A stretch of 64,000 nt of DNA, from positions 10,478,001 through 10,542,000 of the forward strand of contig NC_135264.1 of assembly GCF_964204865.1 (NCBI RefSeq), written 5' to 3'. The notes below the pieces were generated by a model, which had not been told where the DNA came from, made no database searches, and worked only from the letters and a program-made list of their open reading frames with translations. Origin of the DNA: Styela clava. Lineage: Eukaryota. The translations under genes and the position numbers were made by a program. Positions 38,401 through 49,744 of this stretch are shown here, piece after piece. The number at the start of each line of letters is the position of its first letter. The stretch's first letter is position 1.

Positions 38401-41400
38401 ATTTTTATATTCTAATACAAATACAATTCCTTAATATCCATTACTGGAAAAAAAAATTTATTGTAAATTTTTTATCTAGGCCCACAGATGAAGAGGGTGA
38501 CTGGGTTGAACAGCCATTACGAGCTGCCCATGAACATGACAAAATAATAGATGAAGAATTGCTGAATCATGCTGTAGATACGCATCATCATAAACATAAT
38601 CACCAAGAAGTAACAGAATCTTCTGACAGTGGTAGGTTCCCTACTCTAAATTCTGTGATTCTCAAGATGCAGAGCTAAACTGGATAGGATTTGTTTTCGT
38701 CCAATATAAAAGCTATTTTTTAGGAAATAAAATTCTATCGTGATAGTTTTGATAGATAGGTCAAGGAAATTTTAATTTTGACTCCTGCTATCAACACATT
38801 ATGAAAATTTAGAGCAAAAAACTTTGATATATGCTAGCCTTGTTTGGTCGTCTGTTGGGAATGCATAGTCAATGTAATGGGACTTGATCCGAGGATTTGT
38901 ACCCTGCGACTCTTCAACCCTTGGGCTTTACTACTGCATTGTAAAATTGTATATGTAGATATATAATTTAAACTTTTAATCTTTTTTTGCAGAATCTGAC
39001 ACATCTGAGGACATTGCTGTTGCTTATTCAAAATTTGGAAAAGCTTGGAAATTAATTAATCCTATTTCTAGCAAAGATTGGAGAAAAATGTCATTTCTTG
39101 TTAGATTCTTAGTAATTTTACAGGTTTGTATCATTTACTTGGTAATTCAACCAGCCGATTACATCTACATCTAAAACAATTAATTTATTTGGTATTCCCA
39201 TAACATGCTGTACTGTAAACCAAACTAGATGCTGTATTCCACGTCATAGCTGTTTTTTAGTCATATTGACATAAACTGCTTCAAGTTTCTCGCCAATATG
39301 TATTCCCTATTACGTAATTCTACACTTTCATTCTTCATAGTCTCAGTAGTTTTGGCTCTTTGGTAGCCGCCTTAACCTCCCTCAGAGATGAGTGTCCTTT
39401 GTTTTTGAGTGAGTGCACATGACCTTGCTTTGAGCAAATTTCTCTGAAAAATATGTGTTAGCCATCATATTGGTGTTTCTAACCCAGAATAAATATGTAC
39501 GGTAAATTCTGTTGAATGGTTTGCCAGTGTTTTCATATTAATGATTACCGGCCGGTAGTAAAATTCTTTTTTTCTTACAGGTACCTATCAAGTTTATGTG
39601 CAATATAACAATACCAGTTGTGAGTTCTGATCCCAAAGTAAATGACTGGAGTAGGATACTATCTTGTATACATTGTATAACTTCGCCAATGTTCTGTGTT
39701 GTGGCAGCAAAAGGTAGGCTAGACACAAGTAATTGGTGGAGATATTTCATTTTAATAAATTTGCAAAACAAAAACAGACAAACAATCTGGAGTCTCTGGA
39801 CAGTGATTTTTCAAAAAGATTTTGGCTGATTCATGAAATTTGCATGCATGATTTGAAAATAAAATCGATAAATGAAGTTTTTAGAAATCACTATTTTATA
39901 TAAATATTACATTTTAGGTGCTTCGGTAAAAGTGGGAGCGTTACCACTGTGGGCTTTATTTCTAATCATTGGTGCAACTCTTGCTGTTATTGTTCATTTT
40001 ACATCGGAAGAAATGAAGAGGCCGAAATATTACTGGGTGAGAATATTATTCTGGTAGACCAAGCGTCTCCAAAAGTACTCTGAATAGGATAGAATTTTGA
40101 GAATAGAAAGTATATTTTTGTCTGGAAATGTGTAAAAAAATTTTATGGTAAAAATTGTCCTTACCGGTAAATGCAATTGAAAGCTGTTCAATGAATATTC
40201 GAAAAAAAATTTTTTTTTCAATACATGAGCCTAAAAATGAAATAGGACATTTTGGAAAATTGGTTACCCATTTTTTTCCACTTTTTTTTTTTTAATTTTT
40301 GACTTTGGCACCCCTTCTAGCAAATTTCTCTGTTTAACTTTAAATTCTTTTTCAAGGCTTTCGCTTACCTTGGCTTCATAGCATCGGTAATCTGGACTTA
40401 CTGTATTGCAAATGAAATCGTCAATTTACTGCAAACATTTGGAGCACTTTGGGATGTTTCCAACGTGATTATGGGCCTTTCATTACTCGCATGGGGAAAT
40501 TCAATAGGTGATATGGTAGCGGATGTAACTCTGGCCAAACAAGGTTTCCCAAGAATGGCAATTTCTGCATGCTTTGGTGGACCATTCTTTAGTATCCTTT
40601 TTCAAAATTTATCAATTTTGATAAAACGTTTGAAAATATCTTATTGGACACAAAATGTATATATATGAATTGTTTTGTTATTATGTTGTTGTTTTTATTG
40701 ATATTTTCTTCTTTTTGTTATGGAAAAATCGTTTTTCTCATTTACTATTGAAATTTTCGGTGGTTGAAGATTGCATTTTTCGCTAGAAGGCTATTACTTT
40801 TATTTTTTTCAAAAATTTCTGTGGTCTATATGGGATTCGTTTTTTGAGTGTGATGACATCATCAAAAATTGTGATGGTTTCACAAAAGTCGTGAACACTG
40901 CGGCACCGGTAGTCTACTGTGACAGATTGCATGTCCTTCGTGTATCGAGAGAATCGCTCTACTATTTTTTCTACTTTTATTTGGTGAACTATGTTAAATT
41001 CTTGTATTTTAATTGAAAAAAGTGACTTAAATTACCTTAACGCTACCTTTCTTAGACTTGATTATAGGAATAGGTTTACCCTGTACAATTGCAACTATAA
41101 CAAATGGACATCCTATATTGGTAAGTATTTATTTGTTTATTTTTGTTATAATTTTAGTATGATGATTAAGAATTTTGGTATAGAACGTTACAAATACAAT
41201 CGGACTACGCCATGCGATTTGATTTGCAACAAAGAATGATATAGATATAGAGAATTGGCGGATACTAACCTATGTTTTGATGGGTTTTTTGCGTAATTCA
41301 TTTCCTCATTACTGCCTATCCCAGTTCACTTTACTGAGCACCTCAGTGGTCTCATGTAACTTCGATCAGAGATCAGCTTGAGTTTTTACTTGGATAAAAA

Positions 41401-41624
41401 AAAAATTTATAATTTACACTTATATTTTTTTTATGTTTTTCCAGATCAAATTCACTTTACTTGAAGCTACATTAGTTGGAAGTCTTCTGTTTTCTCTCTG
41501 TTTCTCATATATTGTTGTACCAATACGTGGATTTCAAATGACCAAAATATACGGAATCATTTTAATAATTATTTACATTGTTTACTTACCGTTAGCAATT
41601 CTTGCCGGTACTGGGGTAATTTAG
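32485..41624 (+). CDS. SLC8B1: Cation/Ca2+ exchanger NCLX (SLC8B1 / SLC24A6), ~15 exons
   Basis: Exons approx. 32485-32589, 33358-33513, 34019-34071, 34504-34561, 34737-34848, 35086-35252, 36225-36320, 37942-38008, 38480-38631, 38993-39123, 39581-39713, 39919-40036, 40357-40591, 41056-41120, 41445-41624. Alpha-1 repeat: FFCPSL..KLSQNIA|GITVVAFGNGAPDIFS. Also RPFLRDVTFYL. Alpha-2 repeat: MGLSLLAWGNSIGDMVADVTLAKQGFPRMAISACFGGPFFN. Confidence 0.95.
32832..33171 (-). mobile_element. Full-length tRNA-derived SINE (~340 bp), reference copy
   Basis: Minus-strand head GCGCGGCGGTGTGGCTCAACGGGCTAAGCG (A box) ... GGTTCGAATCCC (B box), a unique body and an (ATCCT)n tail. About 11 related copies in the window. 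Confidence 0.92.
34562..34736 (+). other. U12-type AT-AC intron in SLC8B1
   Basis: 5' site ATATCCTTG, branch-like TTCTTTAAT at 34712-34720, 3' site ..AATCAC. Removal restores QNIA|GITVVAFGNGAPD in frame. Confidence 0.92.
40592..41055 (+). other. U12-type GT-AG intron in SLC8B1
   Basis: 5' site GTATCCTTT, branch TACCTTAAC at 41033-41041, 3' site CTTAG. Removal restores GGPFF-N-LIIGIG. Confidence 0.92.
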
Positions 41625-43876
41625 TACCAATTTTTTTCATGTGGCGGAATAATTTTGTGTAATGCACATTATGTACAAATACCCTTATTCTAACATATTC
41701 TGTATTTTAATTGTGTGGTGAATTTAATTTGAAGTGCATCATGGACTTTACTTCAAGGTGAGAAATTTTGTACTTTGGTAAGTATAGAAAAGTGTGAATG
41801 GAATAGATGCCAGTCACATGACCAAAAAGAATGAAGGCTCTGTTAAATAGAGGTGGCTGGCGATTGAGAAACATTTAAATATTTACAAATATTAATTTGT
41901 TAACAATATTTGTTAACAATATTAACAAAATGACAAAAAAAATGGATTTTTTCCCATGTCGAAGTCGACAATCAATTCACGTTGCAAGATTTAAAAAAAC
42001 AGTACTTCATTCACTCCACTGATTCAATACGCATTTCCGATCACTAGCTAGCTACCTCTTTTCTACAGTTCGACAGGATCTCATATCTCACTCATTGTGC
42101 ATGCCAATTTCAGCAACATTATTGTGATGTAAATTTTGGAAAACAATTATTATTTTAACGGCGCTACTTGATTTTTAAACGGGCATTAATTCTTTTTGTT
42201 CTTTTCAGTAATTACCATTTCTTCCATCTTAGAAATTTATAATTACTTTTTTATTTCTTTTTTGTATATTATATGGTTGAATCATCCTCAAGAGTGCTTT
42301 ATTTGGTTCAATTTATTTTCTTTTTTTTAGGCAAGCAATCTTAGTACTATGCAAATTGCCTCGATTTCTATTAGTATTAATCACTAAACATTGTGTTATT
42401 ACCTTTGAACTCCAGGATTGATCACTTACTTAAAATCACTAAAAAAATTTGATTTGTACTATTCTCGATAATTGTGCTACAACATCTATTTCAATAATAA
42501 TTCAGAAAAAAATTGTTCCTATCGGGGGTATGGAAACAGAGTTCGTTCCTATTGCACAAAATTAGTTGCCTGGCCCATTTAGCTTGCTCACTCTAACCGT
42601 TAGCTTGGAAGTTTTTTATCTATTCCGACCCAGAAAATAGTGCCTAAGTCACTTGGTCAAGTCACTTGGTCCAACAAAACGTGTTTTAGTTTTAAAATGC
42701 TAGCTTTGGCACTGTCGTATTCACAAAATATCCTTTATATATTTATTACTCTTTTAAAATGATTAAATGCCTCACAATAACTATAGTATAAATACAAGTG
42801 GAAAATTGATAGACATTTAATTATAATATTATTTTTAAATGATCCGAAATAGTATAAAAAATTTTGGCATCAAATTTTTTTATCTTCATGCTTGGAGTTT
42901 TACTTCATACCTTGATAATCACTTATGTACGGTGCAATATGATATTCTATTAATACCTTATGTTAGGCTATAAGTTTGAACTATTATGTTATGTATCAGA
43001 TATTACTGGATTAAAAGATGTTTTTGCCATTGGAGTTTAATTATATGCAATAAATAGTTTTCTGTAGTAATCTTGCCTTCGGAACATTTGTGTGATTGAT
43101 CTTAACTTTAAAGTATTGTATTTCTTTATAATGTTAAAAGTAATTGAGACTTTGATTGTAATTGATATACATATGTTCAAATATATAAATAAATATATAA
43201 CGATTGTATTATAAAAGGTTTTATTTGAATAGAAATATCATAGGCATTTGTGGTATAAAATTGACAAAAACAGGGTTATATTCAACTCGGTATTAATGTG
43301 AGGCTTTTTTCCCTATTTCTTTATTGCGCAAATTCAGTACTAATTCGGCTCACTCCGTCAGCCCTCGAAATTCCAACTATCTGACCCGGTTTCATGCGTC
43401 GTGTCCCCTTATTTGTTAGTCGGGGACAATCGGCACCGGATAGTAAAAAAAACGACTCTAGCTCCGACCTCTCGGGAACCAAGTTTTCATAGCAAAAACT
43501 TTGGGTATACAAGCCTTCTTTTATAGGGTTTCTGCAGACTTCTATTGCCAACATTGAAAACATAAAATTCTGAATCCGGAAATTTTTAACTCTGGGCAGT
43601 TTGCTGCCAATTTGACTGAAGTGGAAACATGTCAAACTACGACTGCATGGTCTGCACGCAACGTACCTGGATGGATATCGTGCATTTACAATTTAGAATA
43701 GATATATTTTTTGAGTTTTTATATTGTGCTTACATTTTCAAGCCGTATATAAATATCACGGATAACAAATAAATACATAATATTGAATCAATATAGATGT
43801 TGATATAATAAATAGTATTGATACGAATAGCGAAGTTGTCTATATTGGTGAATTCGGCCGTTTTCACCGCGCAGTT

Positions 43877-44563
43877 CTAGTTATAACCTTTCCATGCAAA
43901 GCTGTTAACAATTCCCATATTCCTTATCCGCCCTTTCGGTACTCTGTCGCTGTCAACTACGTTTACAGAAGAGTTTTTACAAAGTCGATCAACAGTCTTC
44001 GTGATTGCAAGTTCTTCAGATCTTTTGTGCTTGTGGTCGTCTGGCCACCATTGTCTGAAATCAAACGGATAGAATAATTATTAAATTTACAATTAAATTA
44101 ACGCATACCTTTCTAGCAGTTCAAAATTGAATATGGTAATAATACTGAATACACTAAAAAATAGGCGCTCTGGAAGTATTTGTGACAAGATGACGCACAA
44201 CCTGAACAACCCTGAACTGGTGCACATACTATGTTCAGGTTGTGCGACATCTTCGTGCGAATACTTCGGGACCACCAAAAAAAAGTTCTAGCGAGCGAGA
44301 CAGCAAGTGATTTAACTTCGATATCTCCATTAAACACTTAGGGGCCCATGCGATTTTGCATAAAAATGTAGGGGCCACAGCGAAAAAAGGCTAGAAAGTC
44401 CTGGTTTACTGTGAGATTTTCGAACTTATTCTTACCGTATTTTTCTTGGTCGTACCTTCCGTAACCTTTCGACTGATTGTTCCAATTCAAATTCTGTTAA
44501 TTTTTGATGACCAAGTTTCAAGCGACACTTTGGAATAGTGCCCCATGGCTTTGTAGGAGGCAT
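43877..44563 (-). CDS. Unannotated 101-aa basic protein, two coding exons (absent from the ORF track)
   Basis: Exon 44563-44436 (ends CG|GTAAG) plus exon 44054-43877 (TTTCAG|A...TAG) = 306 nt: MPPTKPWGTIPKCRLKLGHQKLTEFELEQSVERLRKVRPRKIRQWWPDDHKHKRSEELAITKTVDRLCKNSSVNVVDSDRVPKGRIRNMGIVNSFAWKGYN. An additional acceptor TTTCTACAG lies 27 nt upstream of the ATG. The exons are GC-richer than the flanks. Confidence 0.78.
44170..44270. repeat. ~100-bp palindromic mini-element (copy 1)
   Basis: GAAGTATTTGTGACAAGATGACGCACAACCTGAAC...GTTCAGGTTGTGCGACATCTTCGTGCGAATACTTC. Homologous to 47148-47246. Confidence 0.8.
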
Positions 44564-46997
44564 AATTGCCTTATACTATGCGGGTTATTCCTGTAGAAAT
44601 ATGAAAAATATGGATTAGGCTACACTGCGCTGCTTGTTCAAACTAGACTACTAGGAAAACGTAAACTCCATTCTTTATTCGTCCTTCTAGCTAGCCTAAC
44701 TATTCTCATCACACACTATGATCTTCAAATAGTATCACATCAAAAACTGAACGATTTTGTTATCATTTTCACACCACACTGTCGTGAATCCAAGTACTAC
44801 TAAAAAAAACTATTATTGGCTTCAGCTTATATATATACATCGCTTTTATTGAGAGATTGTGCGACGGGCATAGAAATTCGCAACAATAACCATAGCCTAT
44901 TGTGTTATTTGTTGTGATTAAATTTAGAGAGAGTATTCGATACATATATTGTGTGTGTGCTGACGTAGAAACACAAAGATGTTACATTCATTACATTGCT
45001 TTTGCTCGTAAGTTGTTTCTCGTATTTACCTCTACCCAGGTTTTGTTAAAGTAGACACCAAACGTGGTGATTTAATTAATAAATTGAAAATTACTGTTTT
45101 ACAATTACATTTTTGATTACCTTATCCATTTACTTGCCGCTCGAGAATTTCGGTCATATCCTATGTCAGGTAAAACAGAAATATCATCAATCCACAGCAA
45201 TCAAATCAGACGTTTTCGAATATAGTGGGCTATTGTCACAACGTTCTGTATACTTCGAAAACTCGTCGCTATTTTAATATCCGTAATTGAAAATTAGATT
45301 ATTTTGAAACGTTTTCGAAAGGGGTAAAATTAACAGTTTTTATAGTTAACATCTGGATTAATATGGGAACAACGAATCTCGACAATACATGGACAAGCCG
45401 AGTCTCTTGAAGATGTAATTCAAGTAATATCGGGTACAATTTTACTTGATCGCCTTTCTAAATTATCTATATCGAGTACACTGAATTGACATATCAAGTT
45501 TTTGTGCCTCAAATAGATGTTATTTTGGTTTGAAGGCCTTAACGTCTTTATTCAAAGTCATTCACAGGCTGTATATCATCTCACTAAAGCTATTTATATT
45601 CACACAATGAATATTTTACTAAACTCAATGCCCAACCCAAATATTTTTTATTTTTCCCAACAATGGTCAATCACGAGCAGCAAAATCGCATAAGTACCCT
45701 AAATTGTGTGCCCGAAGCATGAAACTATTTTTGGACAAAATATTATATTTCCGGGCAAAATCCGTTTGTTCCGATCCACAAATAATTTTTTTAAGGCGGT
45801 GTGTGGGATTTTGAAGTCACGAGGAGTTCTACACCCATCCTTACAGACTTAATTCATGCAGCTAGCTGGCATAATTGATTAGTTAGCTACTCGTGTTAGA
45901 CATGGGAGCCGGACGAGTGGTTGTAGTTTGCCAGAATGGGATTTTTTTCGATCACTTCTACAGTTTGGTGAGTTCAAAGGCCAGTGTGAATTTATTTTTT
46001 GAGAAACTGGTACTACATGCAGTTGCAAATGATATTGAATTAATTACAATAATAAATGCACTATTTATTATGCAGTAGAAACGAAGTCCCTGAAAAATAG
46101 AACAAATCTACTCCAAGCGAATTGTACAAGACAATTTAATATATATGATAAAACAACAATCCCGAAATCCCGGAGTTTAGGCTTGTTACTCGATTCCTGA
46201 TTCCCAGAATTTTCAAGAAGGTAATTTTTGTCGGATCAATATGCCGATTTTAAATATATTTCATTTTTATTGGATTTTTTCATAGGATATAGTTTCCCTT
46301 CACTTTACTGTATCTAGTGCTTAACATCCGTTGTGCTTTTATGTATGGACCTTTCCCCGACCTTTGACCGCCGGAAAATTCTTCCTATACTTTATCATTG
46401 CAAAATTTTCGGGGCTATTTTAAGAGTGCTTTTGCGAGTTGGCGCCTATAAATTGGGTATGTGTTCCAAGCCATCATTATGATTCATCGCATACAACAAT
46501 CTGTTTTTTAAAAGTACCGGTAAATAATTTCAGGCTAGTCTATCACAGCTATTTCTACACTAATTTTTTATTATTGCAATTAAATTAAAACTCCTAGGAA
46601 GACAGAGTGATCATTGAATTATCTGATTTTTATTTAAGTTTCCGAAACGCAACTGAAAATTAACGAATAGAGATAAAAAAAAAACGCGAAAACGAGTTAA
46701 TGTTTACAACCACACTTGAAAATCTGCCTGAGTGAGAAAAGTGTCTGAGCGGATCACTTCAAAAGTGTCACTTTTTGCAACTACCTGATTGGCCAATGTC
46801 ACGAAGTAAACAAGGAAGTTGATGCTCGGGGAAAGGTCCATAAGATTTCGATCACGCCCTATTATATCCCGACACTGGCATCATGCATTTTACAGCTAAG
46901 CCATAATTAGCTAAATTCAGAAAAAAAATCGCGTCATTTGTGCAATACATCCATAATAATATGCTTACTCCTGTAATACCGATGTATGGGATAGGAC

Positions 46998-47299
46998 CAG
47001 TGGTGGGATTCAGACGGTTCGCACCGGTTCTATAGAACCGTCTCAAGAAATTTTATGAGATCAGCAAACCGGTTAGCTTTACTGATTACTGTCAATGTTC
47101 TGTTTGTAACAGAACCGACTGTTACCGGCATATGATATTTGGGACCTCCTGAAGTATGCGCACCAAGATGGCGCACAACCTGAACTCAGGTTGTGTACCA
47201 AGTTATTGTTCAGGTTGTGCGACATCTTGGTGCGCATACTTCGGGAGTACCGATATTTGTGATGAAACCGGCTGACAAAAAATTTGAATTTCACCACTG
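46998..47299. mobile_element. hAT MITE carrying an internal palindromic mini-element (47148-47246)
   Basis: TIRs CAGTGGTGGGATTCA / TGAATTTCACCACTG. Perfect TSD GATAGGAC at 46990-46997 and 47300-47307. AACCGG subterminal motifs. Confidence 0.9.
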
Positions 47300-48524
47300 G
47301 ATAGGACCCACCAACTGTGTTAAAATCAGGGTTCATTTTATTACTAAAACAGTTCACTGGGCATTCAAAGTTTGGCGATAAAGATGGAGAATGTCTACCG
47401 ACGTAGGAAAGCTAATCGTATGGGCGCAATCTGGCCGTGTTATCAATGATAACGGCCTGTTTACAACTCAATATTACATTAAATATATATAATTTCTACT
47501 CAAATTTTCAACGTATCCGTTTACTTTCAAAAGTTTCCAATACTGAATAATCATGCGATTGTTGAGTGAGAATCACGATGTCAAAATTTCTAATTTCGTC
47601 CAGAAATCACAGCCCCAGTGGTAGCCAATACGTACATAGAATTATGATAGTTATTGTAGTTGATTTAACTTGCTTCAAAACGAAATCGGTGGAAATTGGT
47701 TTCAGTAAGATAAAAAATGAAAAAGTTGCGTATGAAAAATACACATTTATCCAAAACCTGACTTTTGATCTTCCTAGTAAACTAGGCTACTAACATACGG
47801 CTAGTGCCATTTTAATATTAAGGAAGTATCCATTTTAGTGATTATCCAAGTGAATATAATAACCGGTTATATGCACTTTGTTGAGGATATGCGAGTATTT
47901 CAGTGGGACCACAAGCATTTTAGTAGATTACATATTTTTTCATATTTCCCTATACAGATCAGAAACTAGCTGTCTATAAAATTCAGCAATGAGACTTTCA
48001 TATTAATCGTCAGTTATTCGAAGCTTATATTATTCTAGTTTATTATTTCTTTTGAAAGAACTCCTTTTCACCATAGAGCTTCCTTTTGTCATTTCTGCAA
48101 CAAATAGTTTTTTGTAATAATTTTTTGTTTTACTTTTTCAATGAATTCAGACCGATTTCCGATTGCTTTGCTTCCGATTGCTTTGCTTCGTGTTGACGAT
48201 TCTATTTCCTACATCTAATTTAATTTTAAAGTTGGACGTTTGCACCCAAGTATTTATGCCTGAAATATATATTATTTAAATTTACTTTAATGTGTTGTTT
48301 GCTGTTTGGGCTGTAGGGTAAGTGAAAGGGTATCAGATTTTTATTTTTTAGATTTTGCGCACTTTTCTGATTTTCCGCTATTTGTTAGTTTTGCGCGTAT
48401 TTCGCTTCTTTGTTTTATTGTATCAAAAAATCGAAATGAACTTACTTATTTCAGTGGAACTTAGTGTTTAATTGGGGGCAATAGACCCCCTCGGTAGCTG
48501 ATGTAGCCTTAGCCTATTGGGCAT

Positions 48525-48750
48525 AAGAATAAGATATCATTTTTATCACGTTGGATAGGAAAGTCGATAAAACGACCTAATCGTATGGCGTACTATGGCC
48601 CCTCGTCCGGTTACCAGTCCATGTCGGGTACGTAATTGGTTTGCCAGATATTTGTTTTATATGAGGCAGTTGCGTGACCCGGCAGTGGAGAGTCCAGCAA
48701 TCATCTCTCACATAGTTATCCCCTCTGTGCCCGAACCTGCCAATCTACGC
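48525..48750 (-). mobile_element. SINE copy, degenerate
   Basis: GGAAAGTCGATAAAACGAC..CCTCGTCCGGTTACCAGTCCATGTCGGGTA..AGTCCAGCAATC. Confidence 0.7.
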
Positions 48751-49014
48751 AAAATTCGCTTTATGTGTGCACTTTTTCTTAATTTGTAAAATTTCGAGAT
48801 TGTTTAAGTAAAATTCCAAAATTTCAGAATAGGATATCATTTTTATTCCGGGGATGTTGCATGGACTTGATTTGTAATTTATGCACTAAATCCCTCGTTT
48901 GGTTGGCACACAATATATAAAGATACGATGTGATATTTCATTAATCTGGCTTCTTACCAAAAATGGCTAGAATTGTTTTGAGTTAAGCAAAAAATTTACA
49001 AAAAAAGTTGCTTC

Positions 49015-49300
49015 AAAGGATATCGCTATTTTAGTATGTACATAGCTGACATAGCCATTTTAGTAGGAAGTTGTCGCGATTTTAAAAGGTGGGAAAATAG
49101 CGGACATAGCCATAGCCATTTTAGTAGGAAGGTATCGAGATCGCGATTTTAGAAGGGACATCGCTATTTTAGTAGAGACATTGCGGACATGGTCTTTTTA
49201 TTAAGTACAGAACAAACACAGCCATTTCAGTAGGGACGTATCGGGATCGTGATATTAAAAAAGATATACCGGTACCGGTAGTCATTTTAGTCGGGAAATA
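49015..49300. repeat. Degenerate tandem repeat (GCCATTTTAGTAGGAAG-like, ~6 copies)
   Basis: Recurrent GACATAGCCATTTTAGTAGGAAG / CGCTATTTTAGTA / CGCGATTTT units. Confidence 0.7.
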
Positions 49301-49404
49301 GCAGACAGTTTTTCGTTTTCAGCCTTAGCTCGATGCGCGACACCACCGAGCCACACGGTACGGTACGATACATGGCAATGTTATACCGTATCAGTAGCTA
49401 CCGG

Positions 49405-49566
49405 TATTACGTGAACCACCCAACGACGGCGAGGAGTCCAGCAATCCTCTCGCACATAACCATCCCTGCATGGGATTCGAACCTGCGAACCCATGCAGAG
49501 TAATTAGAGGTGCGACGTTGGCGAGCGTATTCATAACGCTTAGCCCGTTGAGCCACACCGCAGCGC
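49405..49566 (-). mobile_element. SINE 5' half, closely matching the 32832-33171 copy
   Basis: ATTACGTGAACCACCCAACGACGGCGAGGAGTCCAGCAATCCTCTCGCACATAACCATCCCTGCATGGGATTCGAACCTGCGAACCC is identical to the reference copy. Confidence 0.9.
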
Positions 49567-49744
49567 TTACTGTCTGTAGTCTTTATTTCATTATTTGAGC
49601 AAAGACAGGAATATACCACCCACAGACCCCATATCTATATCAAGCTTCTGATGGTACGGTAGTGTCTATATTATTAGTTTTTTTTTTTTTATGCTTATGC
49701 AACACAGCTAATAATTAGCCCTAATTAAATGCTTTTTGACAATT

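Noticed and set aside
45861-45966. Exon-like segment (CAG acceptor, GTGAGT donor) overlapping ORF 45893-46078
   Set aside because: There are stops in all three frames just after the acceptor and no partner coding exons. At most it is a UTR/lncRNA exon, which I cannot support.
49736-49744. WASHC4 start at 49736 as in the ORF track
   Set aside because: That codon is TTG. The eukaryotic start is the ATG at 49745 (ATTATGG context).
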